From a virus (taxonomy: Duplodnaviria > Caudoviricetes): a stretch of DNA of 64,000 bases. The notes under the pieces are model-generated. The model ran no database searches. It was not told the DNA's origin and saw only the letters and a program-made list of their open reading frames with translations. Position numbers and translations under genes: made by a program. The stretch lies in the IMG/VR virus record IMGVR_UViG_3300031414_000005. One strand, given 5' to 3'. Positions 1-9,119 of the stretch are shown here, piece after piece (the stretch's first letter is position 1; every line of letters begins with the position of its first letter).

Positions 1-1151
1 ACACTCATGCCGAGTGAGTTGGATTTCAGACCCGGCAACAAGTCATAGGTGGCACTGTAGTTCCCGGCTCCGTACAACAACCCCCCAAACAACATGTACA
101 TCTGGCTATATGAGTTTGGGCTCTTGATCAGTACACCGCCACCTTCGGCTTCGGGTTTTAATGATCCTGACGGGAAACTTCCGGCTGGGAAGGCATTGAA
201 TGTTTTCTGTGCGGTGTTCCACGGTGCTGCGCCCGTGCTGGATGACTGCGCTGGACCCTGTGACCCGGTGAAGTACATCTGCTTCTCAAACAGCATGTGG
301 GTTTGATACGTCCCGGACCAGATCGCGCTGGGTGCGTTATAAATCCGTGGGGTGGTGATCTGTTTCAGGTCGGTACTGTAGTCGGATGCAGCGCCTGTGA
401 TGTTGTTCCCCAGCTGACCACTAAAGGTACGGCCTCTGACGGACAGACCCGCGGTGCGCACCGCAAACACACAGTTGTACCCCAGCCAGAATTTCAGGAC
501 ATCGGTGGCGGTTTTAACCAGGGTGGAGTTGGTGACGTTGGTATTCCCCAATTCACCGTAAGAACTGTCTCCTGCCCCGTAGAGCGCCTGGTCGTTTTTC
601 AGGGCAAACAAGGTCTGCGCATTGGGCCCGGCCGCAATGTCCAGGTTCCCGGTGGTAAACCCGGTCAACTGGGTCAGGGTGGTAAGCGAGGTCGTGGCAC
701 CGGTGGCAAACTGTCCGGTGTTGTTAAAGCCCATCCCCCAGACTAATCCGTCGCTGGTCAGAATCGCGATAAAGCGGGTGTGCAGGACGACCTTGGTGAT
801 GCTCTTACCGGCGATTGCGGTAAACTTGTCGGTGACGTTAACCCAGGTGGTGCTCACTCCGTTGTTGACCCCGGTAAACGAACTGTTGCCGGTGTACCAC
901 CAGGTGCCGTCGCGTTTCAGGATCACGGTGGCTGTTCCGGCGTTCCAGACGTCGGCAACGTTGGTGTTGACCAATGCCCACATCCCGGTAACTGCCGCGG
1001 TGCTCCCGTTACCGATTCCCTGATTCCCGTCACCGCGCATGTACAGGTTGTCAGTGACACTGAGTGCCCCCAACGTGTTGGTGCCAGCGATGACCTTCCT
1101 GACCTTGGCAGCCGCTTTTTTCTTTTTAAGTGATAACATCATTTCTAACAT
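1..1151 (-). CDS. RCC1/BLIP-II-like beta-propeller protein, probably tail/baseplate associated (partial, runs off window start)
   Basis: Not in the ORF track (no stop in window). Hand translation of both ends: start MLEMMLSLKKKKAAAKVRKVIAGTNTLGALSVTDNLYMRGDGNQGIG, window-start end LFGGLLYGAGNYSATY; the middle was not fully translated. Gly/Thr-rich with RCC1-like LY-x-x-G-x motifs. Confidence 0.6.
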   Translation of the reverse strand, partial: MLEMMLSLKKKKAAAKVRKVIAGTNTLGALSVTDNLYMRGDGNQGIGNGSTAAVTGMWALVNTNVADVWNAGTATVILKRDGTWWYTGNSSFTGVNNGVSTTWVNVTDKFTAIAGKSITKVVLHTRFIAILTSDGLVWGMGFNNTGQFATGATTSLTTLTQLTGFTTGNLDIAAGPNAQTLFALKNDQALYGAGDSSYGELGNTNVTNSTLVKTATDVLKFWLGYNCVFAVRTAGLSVRGRTFSGQLGNNITGAASDYSTDLKQITTPRIYNAPSAIWSGTYQTHMLFEKQMYFTGSQGPAQSSSTGAAPWNTAQKTFNAFPAGSFPSGSLKPEAEGGGVLIKSPNSYSQMYMLFGGLLYGAGNYSATYDLLPGLKSNSLGMS

Positions 1152-1166
1152 AAGGAATTCCCGACG

Positions 1167-1865
1167 TCATTTAACGAGTGGGTAAGACGGCGTAAAGTCG
1201 GCAACGTATTTCACACCCTTATAGAACGCGAACTCAGGGATATACGCACTGCCTGCTAACCCGGTGTAACCAAAGCGCAAGGTTTTGGTGCCGCTGATAT
1301 CCTGTGCTGAAGGTTGCTCTGACACGCTGTAGTCGATGCCGGTGTTGATTGCCAGGCCTTGCTTGACCCCGTTCAGGTACACAATGACCTTTCCTTTACT
1401 GCGCTGGAAGGCGATGTGGTTCCATTTGTTTGCGAGCTGTGCCCGCGTGGCTTTTACGGAGAAATTGGAGTTACCCACCCCCGGTTGTAAACTGACCTGC
1501 AACCGGTCCCCGTACCCACTGTTGGCAAACCGGATTTCATAACCGATCCCGTTGTTGTCGCCAAAGAACATGATACTGTAACCGGACGTGGTGTTGGTCA
1601 TGTAGAACGCGAATTCCAACGTAAAATCACCGGTCCCCACATCCATGGCCGTAAGCGGGGTAATCCCGAAGTTGTTGTTGCCTTCATTCAGCGCTTTGCT
1701 GTAACCGGCCAGCGCTACGGGCGGGGCAACGACGTTACCGGCGAGGTTGGCCACCGCAATCGCCGTTTTCCCGGTTGATCGGTCGGTGTCAAAGTTATAC
1801 CCCACATCGGGCTGGCCTTTAACGCCACTCGCCTTCTTTTTGCACATCAGCATGGCTTCTAACAT
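1167..1865 (-). CDS. LamG/concanavalin A-like lectin domain protein, likely tail associated
   Basis: GTGDFTLEFAFY, NKWNHIAFQRSKGKVIVYLNGV and AYIPEFAFYKGVKYVADFTP are typical phage LamG motifs. Confidence 0.75.
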   Translation of the reverse strand: MLEAMLMCKKKASGVKGQPDVGYNFDTDRSTGKTAIAVANLAGNVVAPPVALAGYSKALNEGNNNFGITPLTAMDVGTGDFTLEFAFYMTNTTSGYSIMFFGDNNGIGYEIRFANSGYGDRLQVSLQPGVGNSNFSVKATRAQLANKWNHIAFQRSKGKVIVYLNGVKQGLAINTGIDYSVSEQPSAQDISGTKTLRFGYTGLAGSAYIPEFAFYKGVKYVADFTPSYPLVK

Positions 1866-1952
1866 AAAGACGGTCCTCTAAAATCATAAACGAATAATGT
1901 TGGGCCGCCTGCTGCTGCCCTATTAAGAAGTGGTTGTGACTATACGATCGGG

Positions 1953-2252
1953 TTGTCAATTAATACATATGACACCAATCAATTAACCACCATGAGGTTT
2001 ATATCGACTATGAATAACAGCCAAACACCTGATTCCATTGATACCACTGAACGCTTTGTATTAGTTGATCGCCCGTCTTTTAAAGAGGACGCTGCGCATT
2101 ATCTTCAAACCCATCATCAACCTATTCTAACCGCCATGCAGATCGCACGACATTATGGTTTTGTTGACACCGAATCCGGTGTTGATGACCGCAGTTATTG
2201 GGACCACGAGATCCGGGCATTACAACAGGTCCTGGAGTCCACTAAAAAATAG
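1953..2252 (+). CDS. hypothetical protein (start uncertain)
   Basis: ORF directly upstream of thyA; several possible starts. Confidence 0.5.
   Translation: MSINTYDTNQLTTMRFISTMNNSQTPDSIDTTERFVLVDRPSFKEDAAHYLQTHHQPILTAMQIARHYGFVDTESGVDDRSYWDHEIRALQQVLESTKK
1983..2015 (+). promoter_or_regulatory. candidate degenerate early promoter
   Basis: TTAA-N12-TTATATCGAC; same spacing as the clearer copies but a weaker core. Confidence 0.3.
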
Positions 2253-2264
2253 GGTTACCTTCCA

Positions 2265-3404
2265 ATGAAAAATTATTTAGCGGTGATGCAACAAGTGTTA
2301 GATGAAGGTGTGACGTCCGACGACAGAACCGGCACGGGCACCCTCAAACTGTTCGGGACCCAAACCCGTTACGATCTGCGCAAGCAAGCGTTCCCCATGG
2401 TCACAACACGCCAGGTGTGGTCGCGGATTGCGTTCTGGGAGATGATCTGGATTGCCAAGGGTGAAACCAACATCCAGTTCCTGCTCGACAAGAACATCCA
2501 TATCTGGGATCAGTGGGCACTGAAAGAAGATGCCGCTGTTGAGGGGATGAAACCCGACGCCGAACTCAAAGAAGAAATGTGTACACTCATGGGGTGGGAC
2601 TCCAAAGAGTTCAATAAGTGCTTTAACGATTTCGGCCGCGACATGGACGGGATGCGCGAGTACATGAAACAGAAAGGGATCTGTTTATCCAAAACACACA
2701 TCCGTCACCGTAAAGGGGATCTCGGTCCGATCTACGGTAAGCAGATGGCACGCTGGGGTCGCGGCGGTATCAACCAATTACAATTGGTGATTGATGGCTT
2801 GCGCACCGATCCCAACAGCCGTCGTCAGATCATCAGTTATTGGAACCCGGAAGACATGCCGATCCCGGGGTTGTCACCGGAAGAAAACGTGTTGGCAGGA
2901 AAAGCCGCACTGGCCCCGTGCCATGCGTTTGTGCAGTTCTTTACCAATGCCCGCCCACTGGAAGACATCATCGACGATGTGATCCAAGCCCTGGGGGATG
3001 ACTATGAGCAAAATAGCTACCCAGCCGCCACCTGGAAGCTCAAAGCGATCTCCATGGGCATTCCGGTGTATGAACTCTCTGTGCAGCTCTACCAACGCAG
3101 TGTGGACGTCTGTGTGGGTGCACCGACCAACATCATGGGTTACAGCTTCCTGTTATTGATGGTAGCCCACCTGGTGAACATGACCCCACGTGAATTCATC
3201 CACAGCACGGGTGATACCCATATCTACAGCGACCATGTGGCACTGGCCAAAGAACAGCTGAAACGCACCCCGCACAAAGCCCCGCGTATCCGCATCGATA
3301 CCAAGGGTCGTAAGGTCGAACATGTCACCGACTTTGTATACGAGGATTTCGTGATTGAAGGTTACACCCACGAAGCCGCGATTAAGTACCCGGTGGCGAA
3401 GTAA
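2265..3404 (+). CDS. thyA: thymidylate synthase
   Basis: DRTGTGT, IWDQWA, GDLGPIYGKQ, SRRQIISYWNP, catalytic LAPCH, YQRSVD..G.PTN (Asn, dUMP-type), GDTHIY; contains large variable insertions. Confidence 0.97.
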   Translation: MKNYLAVMQQVLDEGVTSDDRTGTGTLKLFGTQTRYDLRKQAFPMVTTRQVWSRIAFWEMIWIAKGETNIQFLLDKNIHIWDQWALKEDAAVEGMKPDAELKEEMCTLMGWDSKEFNKCFNDFGRDMDGMREYMKQKGICLSKTHIRHRKGDLGPIYGKQMARWGRGGINQLQLVIDGLRTDPNSRRQIISYWNPEDMPIPGLSPEENVLAGKAALAPCHAFVQFFTNARPLEDIIDDVIQALGDDYEQNSYPAATWKLKAISMGIPVYELSVQLYQRSVDVCVGAPTNIMGYSFLLLMVAHLVNMTPREFIHSTGDTHIYSDHVALAKEQLKRTPHKAPRIRIDTKGRKVEHVTDFVYEDFVIEGYTHEAAIKYPVAK

Positions 3405-3655
3405 TGCGACGGGTGTTGCAAAAGCTCGCCACCTTAGGCATGCGTGCGGACAAGTTTCAATTGATTGTCGGCGGTGTCTATAAAACCCGTGCTCGTGGTC
3501 GGCTCGTTGAGGTGACGAATATCACCCGCGATGGGTTTGACTGCGAGCAGCAGTATGTAACGTACCACCTGTTGACCTCGACCGATTTACCGGCAGGCAC
3601 AACCTTTACTTTACGCGAGTGTGATTTCCGCTCCCGTTTCCATGTTCATCAATAG
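3404..3655 (+). CDS. DUF1653-like small SH3-fold protein
   Basis: GGVYKT..GRLVEV, YVTY and F..RF pattern resembles DUF1653. Confidence 0.5.
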   Translation: MRRVLQKLATLGMRADKFQLIVGGVYKTRARGRLVEVTNITRDGFDCEQQYVTYHLLTSTDLPAGTTFTLRECDFRSRFHVHQ

Positions 3656-3668
3656 AGAGAAGCGCCTC

Positions 3669-4016
3669 ATGTCTACCCCTGAAAACACCGACGTAGCAAA
3701 ATCGATTACCATCTCCATCCGTTCATCTCACCCGCAGATTGGCAAAACCATGGCATCAGTCCTGGTCGCACAGGCACTGAAAGAGCACCTGCCAAATGCC
3801 AACGTGGTGGTCCACACCGACACCGTGGGTGAAGTGTATAAGAAGCTGTCGGGTATGCCGTCAACCGACCTGACCCGCGCCATGCAGGAAGCCTGTACGC
3901 ATCACGACACCAAGTTCGTGATTGAAGACCTGAACGGCAGCACACACGAAGCGTTCACCAACGCCGGTGGGATTGTTGAAACCATCAGTTTCGATGATGA
4001 AACGATTGAGTTCTAA
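3669..4016 (+). CDS. hypothetical protein with P-loop-like xxQIGKT motif; paralog of 9261..9563
   Basis: SITISIRSSHPQIGKTMAS aligns with TITIDIQSPDDQVGKTLLT. Confidence 0.65.
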   Translation: MSTPENTDVAKSITISIRSSHPQIGKTMASVLVAQALKEHLPNANVVVHTDTVGEVYKKLSGMPSTDLTRAMQEACTHHDTKFVIEDLNGSTHEAFTNAGGIVETISFDDETIEF

Positions 4017-4029
4017 TCCGTGATGTTGC

Positions 4030-4056
4030 GAGAGCTGCTTCGGCGGCTCTCTTTTC
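4030..4056 (+). terminator. intrinsic terminator
   Basis: GAGAGCTGC-TTCG-GCGGCTCTC followed by TTTT. Confidence 0.85.
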
Positions 4057-4063
4057 TTCGCTC

Positions 4064-4097
4064 TTAAAAGAACACGGACCTATATTACCTGAGTGCA
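4064..4097 (+). promoter_or_regulatory. phiKZ-type early promoter (class A)
   Basis: TTAA-N12-CTATATTAC-N4-GTGCA, directly after a terminator. Confidence 0.8.
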
Positions 4098-4139
4098 GTA
4101 ACAAACCAATTCTAAATTCTAATGCTAATGAGGTGTTGT

Positions 4140-4838
4140 ATGCATTTTACTCTTCCAATGACCAGCTTATTAAGACGTGGTCCGATTGTTTCTAAAGATC
4201 GAGTGGAGGCGCATTATCGCAGTCTGTTTGGCCAGACCAATTGGTTAGGCCTGTTCATGAGCCCCGATTCCCCGATTGACGCCAAGCTGTTTAAGATTGA
4301 AAAGGATCACCGTGTGGTGATTGGTGAGGTCGATCTGTTGGTCGAGCAAGCTAAGGACTGTATGAACCTGACCCATCCAGCCCGCTTCCCGTTTAACCTC
4401 TGTGTGATGGTGAATGACCCGGCGCTGAACTTGAACAACACCGCCGTGCGGATAGGGGTGTCCAGTCCGGCCGAATTCGCCGCGTTATTGGCAGAAGTCA
4501 AAGCCGAAAAGATCCGCAATGATCAGGAAGTTCCCCACCTTTACCGGTTCAGTTTGAACGCGGTGGAGAGCATGACGTCTGATGCGATTAAACACCATCT
4601 GCGCAGCCGGGGATGTGAAATCGTTGAGCACGATGAAAAGCATTACGTGGTGAATCGCGATAACCAGGTGGTGGGATGTGCGGATGATGAGTTCAAGCGT
4701 TGGGAGTTTTACATGTTCTCTTTGAACGATGCACTCGCCGTGACCCAGACACTTCAAGACTACAAGCATGATGTCGCAAATAACCTGATGAGCGATGGTC
4801 AGAACTTCGCCTTGTTTATGGGTGGGAGGAATAGCTGA
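4140..4838 (+). CDS. hypothetical protein
   Basis: GAGG RBS before ATG 4140; first gene after an early promoter. Confidence 0.75.
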   Translation: MHFTLPMTSLLRRGPIVSKDRVEAHYRSLFGQTNWLGLFMSPDSPIDAKLFKIEKDHRVVIGEVDLLVEQAKDCMNLTHPARFPFNLCVMVNDPALNLNNTAVRIGVSSPAEFAALLAEVKAEKIRNDQEVPHLYRFSLNAVESMTSDAIKHHLRSRGCEIVEHDEKHYVVNRDNQVVGCADDEFKRWEFYMFSLNDALAVTQTLQDYKHDVANNLMSDGQNFALFMGGRNS

Positions 4839-5221
4839 TGGCGGGTGTGGCGCAGGTGTACACAGGGGAACAACAGGACGCAGCGGTGAAAGGCCGCATC
4901 GAGAAACTGGCGCGGCGTATTGCTGAACGCGCAAAGACTGAAATCACTTACTTACACTTGCGTGAAGAATACCACGAACTGAAACGGGTCACGGCCCGTC
5001 TTGGTATGTTTGATGTTCAGAATTTCAGTGCGTACGCGACCCCGGAGAAATCTACGGTGCGTATCAAACCGATGGTGGTCTATACCCGCGGTGCGAATGC
5101 TATGCAGCGATTAATCCCGGCGTTAAGCACCGCGTTTGTGGCGTGCTTTCGTACGGACAGGGTGGTTGTGGATGCAGACCCACACCGTATCACGATCACC
5201 ATTCATCATAAATCTCAATAG
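4838..5221 (+). CDS. hypothetical protein
   Basis: Start overlaps the upstream stop; GGAGG RBS. Confidence 0.7.
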   Translation: MAGVAQVYTGEQQDAAVKGRIEKLARRIAERAKTEITYLHLREEYHELKRVTARLGMFDVQNFSAYATPEKSTVRIKPMVVYTRGANAMQRLIPALSTAFVACFRTDRVVVDADPHRITITIHHKSQ

Positions 5222-5232
5222 GGTTAATTCTA

Positions 5233-6174
5233 ATGAAATCTTTGATCAAATTCTTTAAGCATCTTCTGGGTATGAACACCCCTGCTCCAACGGTTCGTCA
5301 CGTCCACGCCCCAACCACCCCAGTGGAGTCGGAGAAACCCGGTGACAAGTTCCTGCGTAAAGCGCAAGTGGCTACACGGCGGGCACTGGAGAATGCACCT
5401 GAACAACTTGCTTTAGCGGCCGGTATCTACGGGGGCGAAGCCAGCCTGGAAGAGGTGGACGAATACCTCAGCCGGTTCACTACGCAAGAGTTCCGTCAGT
5501 TGTCTGAAGAATACCAGACCCGTGATGACGGGGTTACCATGGAACTGACGTTTGATGTGCGGGAAGGTAACCTGACGGAGAAGCAAAGCTTTATTGTGAT
5601 GCGTACCGGTGGGATGCCGATTCCTAAGACGATCTTTGATGACGTCGCACGGGAAGCAGAAGAAGCTTTCCTGAAATCGCTGCGTGTACCGAGTGAACCG
5701 GCTGCGCCAACCGTACCTGCCACCGGTGCAGTCCCGCGTGAAGGCGAACCTGTGCTGATCCCGGTGGAACCGACCAAAGTCGATGAGCTGGATGACGATG
5801 CCCCGGAGATCAGTCCGGAAGATGCGCAGGTCATCGACACCGTACAACCTGAACCCACACTCGCCATTGCTGAACAGGTAAGTTTTGCTGAGCCTGAACC
5901 GGTATTGGATCCGGCGCTCAAAGCAGAAGCCGAGCGTTACATGTCCGACAAGCGTTACACCCTGGTGAAGCACCTCGCCCAGGTCGACGATGTGTTGTAC
6001 GTGCGTCCGGCAACCAGTGACACGTTGCAGTGGATCCCGGCGGTGTACTTCCCGAAAAGTCTGGTACGTGGGTTGGAAACCCTGGAACATTACGAAGAGC
6101 GTGTGCGTGTGCGCAAAGCCGGAAAGAAACGTCTGGGTGCACGTGAACGTAAACGCTTGGCTCAGGCGAAATAA
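5233..6174 (+). CDS. hypothetical protein with acidic Pro-rich centre and basic C-tail
   Basis: 313 aa ORF; amphipathic-looking N-terminus MKSLIKFFKHLLG; ends KAGKKRLGARERKRLAQAK. Confidence 0.8.
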   Translation: MKSLIKFFKHLLGMNTPAPTVRHVHAPTTPVESEKPGDKFLRKAQVATRRALENAPEQLALAAGIYGGEASLEEVDEYLSRFTTQEFRQLSEEYQTRDDGVTMELTFDVREGNLTEKQSFIVMRTGGMPIPKTIFDDVAREAEEAFLKSLRVPSEPAAPTVPATGAVPREGEPVLIPVEPTKVDELDDDAPEISPEDAQVIDTVQPEPTLAIAEQVSFAEPEPVLDPALKAEAERYMSDKRYTLVKHLAQVDDVLYVRPATSDTLQWIPAVYFPKSLVRGLETLEHYEERVRVRKAGKKRLGARERKRLAQAK

Positions 6175-6186
6175 AGGAGGCGGGGG

Positions 6187-6456
6187 ATGATCTTCATCCT
6201 GAAGGGCCTCTTGATCCTGGGTGTGGTGAGTGTGCTTTGTGACCTCGTTGCACCCTGGATCGATCGGATCTACAAACCGTTGACCCCACCTCACCCTGAG
6301 GTCAAACCTAACCCCTTACCTACCCAAGTGTATTACTTTGGTAACATGCCTTTACGGGAGGATAAACATGCAACCCACCCTGGAACCAGAAACCCTGCTT
6401 GCGATGCAAAGCAGCTTCCAAAAGATGAAGGCGGCCTTAAGTACTTTAGTGAGTAA
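6187..6456 (+). CDS. small membrane-anchored protein
   Basis: GGAGG RBS; hydrophobic N-terminus. Confidence 0.65.
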   Translation: MIFILKGLLILGVVSVLCDLVAPWIDRIYKPLTPPHPEVKPNPLPTQVYYFGNMPLREDKHATHPGTRNPACDAKQLPKDEGGLKYFSE

Positions 6457-6622
6457 TTTCTGTCGCAAGCTGGCGACACAGTTCCCACGCATGGCACTAA
6501 AGCTGGCTGCGCCGGAACGACGTCAGTTCATGCAAGCGGTCTGTCAGAAACGCGGGGCGTCACAACGTCACCTGCGCCGTCTTAATGATCGCCAGCTGAA
6601 AAAGTTGTATCTTCTTTCTTAA
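6368..6622 (+). CDS. hypothetical protein (start uncertain)
   Basis: Fills the gap before a terminator; basic C-terminus. Confidence 0.4.
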   Translation: MQPTLEPETLLAMQSSFQKMKAALSTLVSNFCRKLATQFPRMALKLAAPERRQFMQAVCQKRGASQRHLRRLNDRQLKKLYLLS

Positions 6623-6628
6623 CATAAT

Positions 6629-6652
6629 AGCTCCTCTTACGAGGAGCTTTTT
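6629..6652 (+). terminator. intrinsic terminator
   Basis: AGCTCCTC-TTAC-GAGGAGCT-TTTT. Confidence 0.85.
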
Positions 6653-6683
6653 CAGTGATTTCTTTTTAACGAGGTAATGCGCC

Positions 6684-7535
6684 ATGACCGAGAAAACTTA
6701 TCTTCCTTTACATGTAGAAGGTGTCGACAAATACCTGGGTGGGTTATTACCAGGCGAGTTGGTGATTGTTCACCCCACCCCATTAATCTGGAATAGCCGT
6801 GTTGCCGCGATCACCATGAAAATCGTGTTGCGCAAACTGGTGGAACTTCAACAACACTGGACACCTGCATTGCCGGTGATTTCTCTGGGTGTGGATGATA
6901 TCACCCCCTCACGTTTCCAAGAAGTTACGAATAGCATTCATAATCATCAAAAAGGCCGTGAAGTCAAAGACCATTTCTTTTTCTTTGTAGAAGTCAAACC
7001 CGATTTCTCAACCGTGGCGGCGACCCATCTGCTGCGTATGCTTCGTACGTTAGCAAAGGAAATCGGGTTGGTTGTGGTGGTTGTCTTCAAAGATGACGCC
7101 ACCCGTCTTGGTATCGAAGCCGACATTGTCATGGAAGTGAGTGGTGTCAATAACGACAACTTACCGGTATTCCAGTTTAGCAAAATTCGCCGGGTTGATT
7201 TACCGCGGTCACGGGAAGAAATCAACCAATCGCTTATTAAAGCCGAAGGGGTCGAATCACAGCAAGTTAAGGATGAAATTAAAATCCAGGATGTCATCCA
7301 TGAGCTAATCAATCAGGAAACTGTCGACCTCGGTGAAGAGGCGGAGCCCCGTCAGGGTGACGTAAGGAAAGTACTGTGCGACTACTTGCTCGATGTTTTA
7401 CCAGGTGTGGGTGTCAGTGTTGGATTAAACAATGGTCGTGTTGAGGTGTACCACCACTCCGGTCGCAGCACTCGCCATGTCACGGTGGTGACCCTCCCGG
7501 TTTGTCTGGTCAAGCATGTGTTCGGGTTAGCGTGA
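6684..7535 (+). CDS. degenerate DnaB/RecA-fold protein lacking Walker A
   Basis: VDKYLGGLLPGELVIV, LRTLAKEIGLVVVVV and IEADIVM mirror DnaB C-terminal motifs, but HPTPLIWNS replaces GxxxxGKT. Confidence 0.5.
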   Translation: MTEKTYLPLHVEGVDKYLGGLLPGELVIVHPTPLIWNSRVAAITMKIVLRKLVELQQHWTPALPVISLGVDDITPSRFQEVTNSIHNHQKGREVKDHFFFFVEVKPDFSTVAATHLLRMLRTLAKEIGLVVVVVFKDDATRLGIEADIVMEVSGVNNDNLPVFQFSKIRRVDLPRSREEINQSLIKAEGVESQQVKDEIKIQDVIHELINQETVDLGEEAEPRQGDVRKVLCDYLLDVLPGVGVSVGLNNGRVEVYHHSGRSTRHVTVVTLPVCLVKHVFGLA

Positions 7536-7543
7536 TTATCCCT

Positions 7544-7568
7544 GGGGTCGTTTAGTGACCCCTTTTTT
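7544..7568 (+). terminator. intrinsic terminator
   Basis: GGGGTCG-TTTAG-TGACCCC followed by a T run. Confidence 0.7.
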
Positions 7569-7582
7569 AGGAACAACTTCCA

Positions 7583-8146
7583 ATGTCATCTATCGTTCTC
7601 TATCGTGGGGAGTCGGGTGACTCCGACGACCTCAGTTCATTGCGTGGGTCCTTGACCTTCACGACCAATCAAGCGGTTGCACTGGAATATGCTCGCTCAC
7701 CCCTGAACAACGCCACAGCATGTCGTCCTCGGTTAATCAAAGCCCGCATCACCTACCAGAAAGCCTGGGTCCCGGAAGGGTTCAGTGCCTGGCTGGAACT
7801 CGCTGACATCATCAAGCGGTTAGGTCGGGACGAAGCCGTGCGGATTGCCCTGAAGTTCGAAACCCGTATCTACGACACCAACTGCTGGGAAGAACTCTCC
7901 GTGGCGTCTGGGATTATCCGGTTGAAGGAGTTCATCGAAGCGGATGAAAGCAATTTAAGTAAGCTCTATTTTAGGGCGTTCCCGTTCTTTGACTGCCCGG
8001 AAGAAATCGGCAAGTTAAAAGCACTGGGGTATGACTGCGCCATCATGCAGTTGATGCCTGAATTCAGAGGCGGGTATGAATACCGCGTATTCGACCCTGC
8101 CATGGTTAACATCCTCTCTGTTTCACCTGTAAAGGAAAGCAAATGA
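7583..8146 (+). CDS. putative ADP-ribosyltransferase-fold protein
   Basis: LYRG, LTFTT..AVA.EYA, GYD.AI and EYRVFDP motifs match the ART (PolyVal-like) pattern. Confidence 0.6.
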   Translation: MSSIVLYRGESGDSDDLSSLRGSLTFTTNQAVALEYARSPLNNATACRPRLIKARITYQKAWVPEGFSAWLELADIIKRLGRDEAVRIALKFETRIYDTNCWEELSVASGIIRLKEFIEADESNLSKLYFRAFPFFDCPEEIGKLKALGYDCAIMQLMPEFRGGYEYRVFDPAMVNILSVSPVKESK

Positions 8147-8637
8147 ATCAGCAAGCGCAAATCACCAATCTGTTTGAACAATTCAAAACTGTCTATGCCC
8201 GTTTCAATGGTCTGCCAGTGCTCGGTATCGCTGACAAAATCAACCGCGGTGATTGTGGTGTGACCGCCATCGCTGTCGGTCCGGTGCTGGCTGCACAGGG
8301 TCTGGACGTGCATTACCTGCACAACACCGGCCACGTCTGGCTCCAAATCGACGGGGTGCGCTACGACACCATCCATCCGGAAGGTTACGGGGTTAACCAG
8401 GCCATCCTCCTCGGGCGCGACCCGGTGGCTGAAGTCTCCCTCGACCAACTGTGTGAAGACTGCATGCCGTGTGACACCCACGGGGCGTATCTGGTGAAAG
8501 CGTTCTGTGATACCCAGGGTCAGCCTTACCCCACTCAGATTCAGCATTGCTTTGACAATGAACTGGAATACGAGTCAGAAGAAGGCGTGGCATACCTGAA
8601 GCAGAACTATGCACGGGCAACAGAGGTGGCGGTATGA
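8143..8637 (+). CDS. putative papain/transglutaminase-like Cys-His-Asp enzyme
   Basis: INRGDC...GHVW..IDG..YD order of residues. Confidence 0.5.
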   Translation: MNQQAQITNLFEQFKTVYARFNGLPVLGIADKINRGDCGVTAIAVGPVLAAQGLDVHYLHNTGHVWLQIDGVRYDTIHPEGYGVNQAILLGRDPVAEVSLDQLCEDCMPCDTHGAYLVKAFCDTQGQPYPTQIQHCFDNELEYESEEGVAYLKQNYARATEVAV

Positions 8638-9119
8638 CGATCGAATGGGTAACTGACTATCCTCGCATTATCGTCGGGGCGTTCTTTGTCGTGTTGTTGT
8701 CCTGGTTCCTTTATCGCCTGGCACAGCGTCACCGTGAACTGCTGACCAATCAAACGTTTCTGCGTCAGCTGGATGACCTGGTATCGACGCTTCACAAAGA
8801 CCATCAGCAGGCGGGTAAGGTGGATATCCAGCGTATCAGTCTCTTTATTGAGCGTTACCTGGAAAACATCGAACATATCTGGCGGGATAAAGGGATGCCG
8901 TTGGGGGAGTTGGAATGGCATTTCACCATTAACCCGAAAGAGGTCTTCCTCTGGGTGAGCCTTGATGACGAAGAGCAAACCTGGTGCTGGACACCGAGTA
9001 AATGCACTTTGGTGACAGAACACCCCATTCCGGTGATGGGTCAGGTGTTTTCAAAAGCTGACACCGATGTTGATAGCATTGTACATTTCCCCCTGACACC
9101 GGAGCGTCATCATGAGTGA
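8634..9119 (+). CDS. membrane-anchored hypothetical protein
   Basis: N-terminal TM segment IIVGAFFVVLLSWFL. Confidence 0.7.
   Translation: MTIEWVTDYPRIIVGAFFVVLLSWFLYRLAQRHRELLTNQTFLRQLDDLVSTLHKDHQQAGKVDIQRISLFIERYLENIEHIWRDKGMPLGELEWHFTINPKEVFLWVSLDDEEQTWCWTPSKCTLVTEHPIPVMGQVFSKADTDVDSIVHFPLTPERHHE

Noticed and set aside
94-1133. Several + strand ORFs (94..306, 297..746, 622..1023, 780..1133)
   Set aside because: Antisense shadows of the minus-strand RCC1-like gene at 1..1151, which has a plausible start and a protein-like sequence.
2265-3404. ThyA as a dCMP hydroxymethylase or as intron/intein-containing
   Set aside because: The specificity residue is Asn (PTN). The insertions are short and lack intein ends (C...HN) or a homing endonuclease.
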